A stretch of DNA of 64,000 nt from Cetorhinus maximus. Taxonomy: Eukaryota. The stretch lies in assembly GCF_964194155.1 (NCBI RefSeq), contig NW_027596540.1:62001-126000 (forward strand), read 5' to 3'. How positions within the stretch are numbered: the first letter of the stretch is position 1; each line of letters opens with the position of its first letter. The notes beneath the pieces were generated by a model, which saw only the letters and a program-made list of their open reading frames with translations, was not told the origin of the DNA and ran no database searches. Made by a program: the position numbers and the translations under genes. Positions 60,941-64,000 of this stretch are shown here, one piece after another.

Positions 60941-62084
60941 GTTTTTACTCTGACAGTTGGAGCTTGTTTCTGATGATGTTAATAACCTCGCTAATTGGAC
61001 TGGAGTTTAATATTCTGGATAAATGTGAAATAAAACAGCTTTGTTTTCAACATGTTGTAGATTTTTGTCTTTCCCACCTGAGTGTTTAACATCACCTGGC
61101 TGGAACTCAGAAAGGACAAGCTAGGGTAAGATCATACGGCAGGAACAGAACTTCAGCCTGGACACAGTCCTTCAGGGTCACACTGACAGGGTCTTTCTCA
61201 TCTCTCTTCACTGACGACAAAGTCCCCATGTGGGTTAATCCTGGGGTATGTAAGAAATGTGTCCCAGCCGCTGTCTTCCATGGTTCAGAGCTCCTAGACA
61301 CGGAACAGAAGGCTCCTTCACAACTGTGTTTAGAGTCAGGAAGAACAACGGTGAATGCTGGAAATGTGCTGTCAAATCAGAGATTGGTGTAAAGTTGTGA
61401 TCTGTTTCTGACTAAAAGTGAAACAGCAGGTTTAAGTTTAAGAGAATGACTGTGGTAATTATTCCATGGAGATTTAATGTGTTTTTGTGGCAGTCCTGAA
61501 TCTAGCACTTTAAAGCTGGTGTTAAAACATTTAAAATAAACCAATTTAAAACTGGGAACATCTAACTGGAGGATTCACAGAAGCCTGTTAACTTCTGGGA
61601 CAATCATACAGCAGACATTTGATCTCCAAATAAAGGAGGACCTGCAGCGTGTTTTCAGAAACTCCCTGTTTTATTAATGTGTGTGTGTGTGTAAGACACC
61701 AGGATAACTAAAACCATATGCCTTGGAACATCCCCAAGGGTGCATTCCTGATAGTTACTCTGAGATCACTCCCGCTGTGGAACTCCACCACTGACCCTGC
61801 TGAAGATTGTAGGCTCAGGGATGGGGCCTCCAGGAGTGGACTGTAAGAAAGGTGGGTTTCAGTATCCTGACTAATGGTCCAGACAACTGACTAAAGTGAG
61901 GAACCAGAGGAATCCTTACTGAGAACTGTCTGCAGTTTTGTCTGTCAGTGTAGGTCTAGGGGTGAATGATTCCTGACTCCCTGAACTGTCTGACATTGAA
62001 CCCAGTTTAGAACAAGATGGATTCAGTGTCCAGGAGAATGGGGACCAATATCACCCACAATTGAAGAAGACAAAAGCAGCCGGC

Positions 62085-63100
62085 TCTAATAATGACTTGG
62101 ATGAAGGAACTGACTGTATTGTAGCCAAAATCACTGATGATACAAAGCAAGTTGTGAGGAGGATACCAAGAGTCTGCAGAAGGACATGGATAGGTTACCT
62201 GAATGGACAAAAATTTGGCAGATGGAGCATCATGTGGGAAAATGGGAGCTTTCCCACTTTGGCGGGAAGAATATAAAAGTAGAAAATTATTTAAAAGGTG
62301 AGAGACTGCACAATGCTGCAGTACAGAAGGATCTGGGTGTCATAGAGTCATAGTCATAGAGTCATAGACTTATACAGCACAGAAACAGGCCCTTGGGCCC
62401 ATTGTGATTGTGCTGGCCATTTTCCAGGACTTGACCCATTGCCCTGTATGCTATGGCATTTCAAGTGGTCATCTAAATACTTCATAAATGTTGTGAGGGT
62501 TCCTGCCTCTACCACTCCCTCATGTGTTCTTGTACATGAATCATGAAAAATTAGCATGAAGGTTCAGCAAGTAATGAGGAAGACAAATGGAGTGTTGGCC
62601 TTTATTGGAAGGGGGTGGAATAGGGAACTTGCTACAACTACACAGGGCATTGGTGAGACAGCAGCTGGAGTACTTGTACAGTTTTGGTCTTCTTACTTAG
62701 GGAATGATATACTAACATTGGAATCAGTTCAGAGAAGGTTCATTAGGCCAACTCCTAAGATGAAGGGGTTGTCTTATGAGGAAAGGTTGAACAGGTTGCA
62801 CCCATACTTGTTGGGATTCAGAAGAATGAGAGGTGAACTTACTGAAACAAAGAAGATTCTGGGGGGGATGACAGTGTAGATACTGAGCAGATGTTTCCCA
62901 TCATGAAGAAATCTAGAGCTAGGGGACACAGTTTAAAACTAAGGAGTCTCCCATTTAAGACAGAGATGAGGAGGAATTTCTTCTCTCAGGGGGTCGTCAG
63001 TCTTTGGAATTCTCTACCCCAGAGAGCAGTAGAGGCCAGGTCATTGAATATATTCAAGGCTGAGTTAGACAGATTTTTGATCTACAAGGGAGTCAAGAGT
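62085..63100 (+). mobile_element. CR1 with a nested inverted CR1 tail (62342-62522)
   Basis: NDLDEG...DDTK, VQFWS.Y, RGHSLKLRSLPFKTEMRRNFFSQ; (catagagt)n tail. Confidence 0.85.
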
Positions 63101-63339
63101 AATATTTACTTGGATTTATCTAATATTATGGCCCTTACAGACATCAATACTTTATCCCCAGTTTTATTCAGGGTGGCAAGTGTCCATCCAATGGCACAGG
63201 ACCTGTTCCATGTGAGAATGTGCGGGGGTGGGTGGGGGGAGGATGGCTGTGTGTGTTAGTTTGTGTACATGTGGATGTGTGTGCTTGTGTGTGAGAGAGC
63301 ATATGGGTCTTTGTATGTAGGTCTCTGAGTGTGTATGCT

Positions 63340-64000
63340 GCTTCTCATTAGCTGTAACACAAAACCTTCCTCTCTTTGAGCAGACGATGTTGGTTCTCAG
63401 AGAATCCCATCGAGTGATTTGAATGGTACCATTCAGAGATTCTTCATCCAGGGTGAAACCACAGGCTGACCTTGTGCTGTGTAAAACCTGACTCCGACAC
63501 AACTAGGACCCACTTCGCCTGGAACAACATGAAATGTCTGCTCCTTTCCACATCCCTTCCTTTCCGCACACTGTTATCCTCAGATAGTTCACAAATTCCT
63601 TGTGTACATCATCCTTAAGCACCCCTCTGGTCTCCACTTTAAATACTTCCATTGGTCATACTGACAGTTAGCAATGGGATTGCTGCTATCACAGAAATCT
63701 GTTCTGAAATACTGTCACCCTGACTTTAAGGCTTCCTGGAGTAAAACACTGATCCAGATCTTCCCACCGAACACCAATCCATATCCTCATCTGAGTTCTA
63801 GATTTTGTCTAATATAGAAAACCCCTTTTAAACTTATTCAGCATATCTCATCCATACATAATACAAGAGTTTGTCTTTGAAATCAGTTCTTCCTTTATAT
63901 TCTTTGTTGTTCTGAATGATGACAGTATTAACCTTCTCCCTAACCTATCCTAACCCTTCTTCCAGTTCATTTATTGAAACCAGAGACTCTCCTTGTTCCA
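63340..64000 (-). mobile_element. Endogenous retrovirus env-like ectodomain remnant (runs off the window)
   Basis: EQGESLVSINELEEGL..KVNTVIIQNNKE..CIMYG; MEVFKVETRGVLKDD..WKGADISCC..*LCRSQ..CGF..GRFCVTANE; similar by eye to the 49.4-kb fragment. Confidence 0.55.

Overview
Vertebrate genomic DNA, most likely a cartilaginous fish (shark-type CR1, L2, Penelope and tRNA-derived Deu/SacSINE1-like repeats; the taxon is inferred). The window is a tandem cluster of KRAB-less C2H2 zinc-finger (ZNF) genes: four intact ORFs (1565-2323+, 15589-16263+, 33501-34538+, 58795-59943+), three near-intact ORFs (one internal TGA at 11220-12062- and 46300-47517-; an ACG in place of the ATG at 38991-39581-) and at least five remnants, all embedded in retroelement debris and nested local duplications. 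The genes share one cassette: CpG promoter (CCAAT, GC-box, NRF1-like and ZNF143-like words), short exon 1, intron, then a single large exon. That exon has a conserved leader and fossil fingers, then the finger array, then a conserved post-stop block. Three features stand out. (1) In every intact or near-intact paralog the last finger is followed by an in-frame, stop-free extension (consensus LQGLDSAVIAAVNHIQD*); six have a stop in front of it and the seventh has lost that stop and encodes it outright, which suggests a readthrough tail. (2) The start codon sits inside a TGEKP linker as ACCATGG, exactly 39 nt after a fixed stop. (3) There are two retroviral env-like remnants and several minimal hammerhead-ribozyme motifs in Penelope-type tails. 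Repeat boundaries are approximate (read by eye) and no database searches were run.
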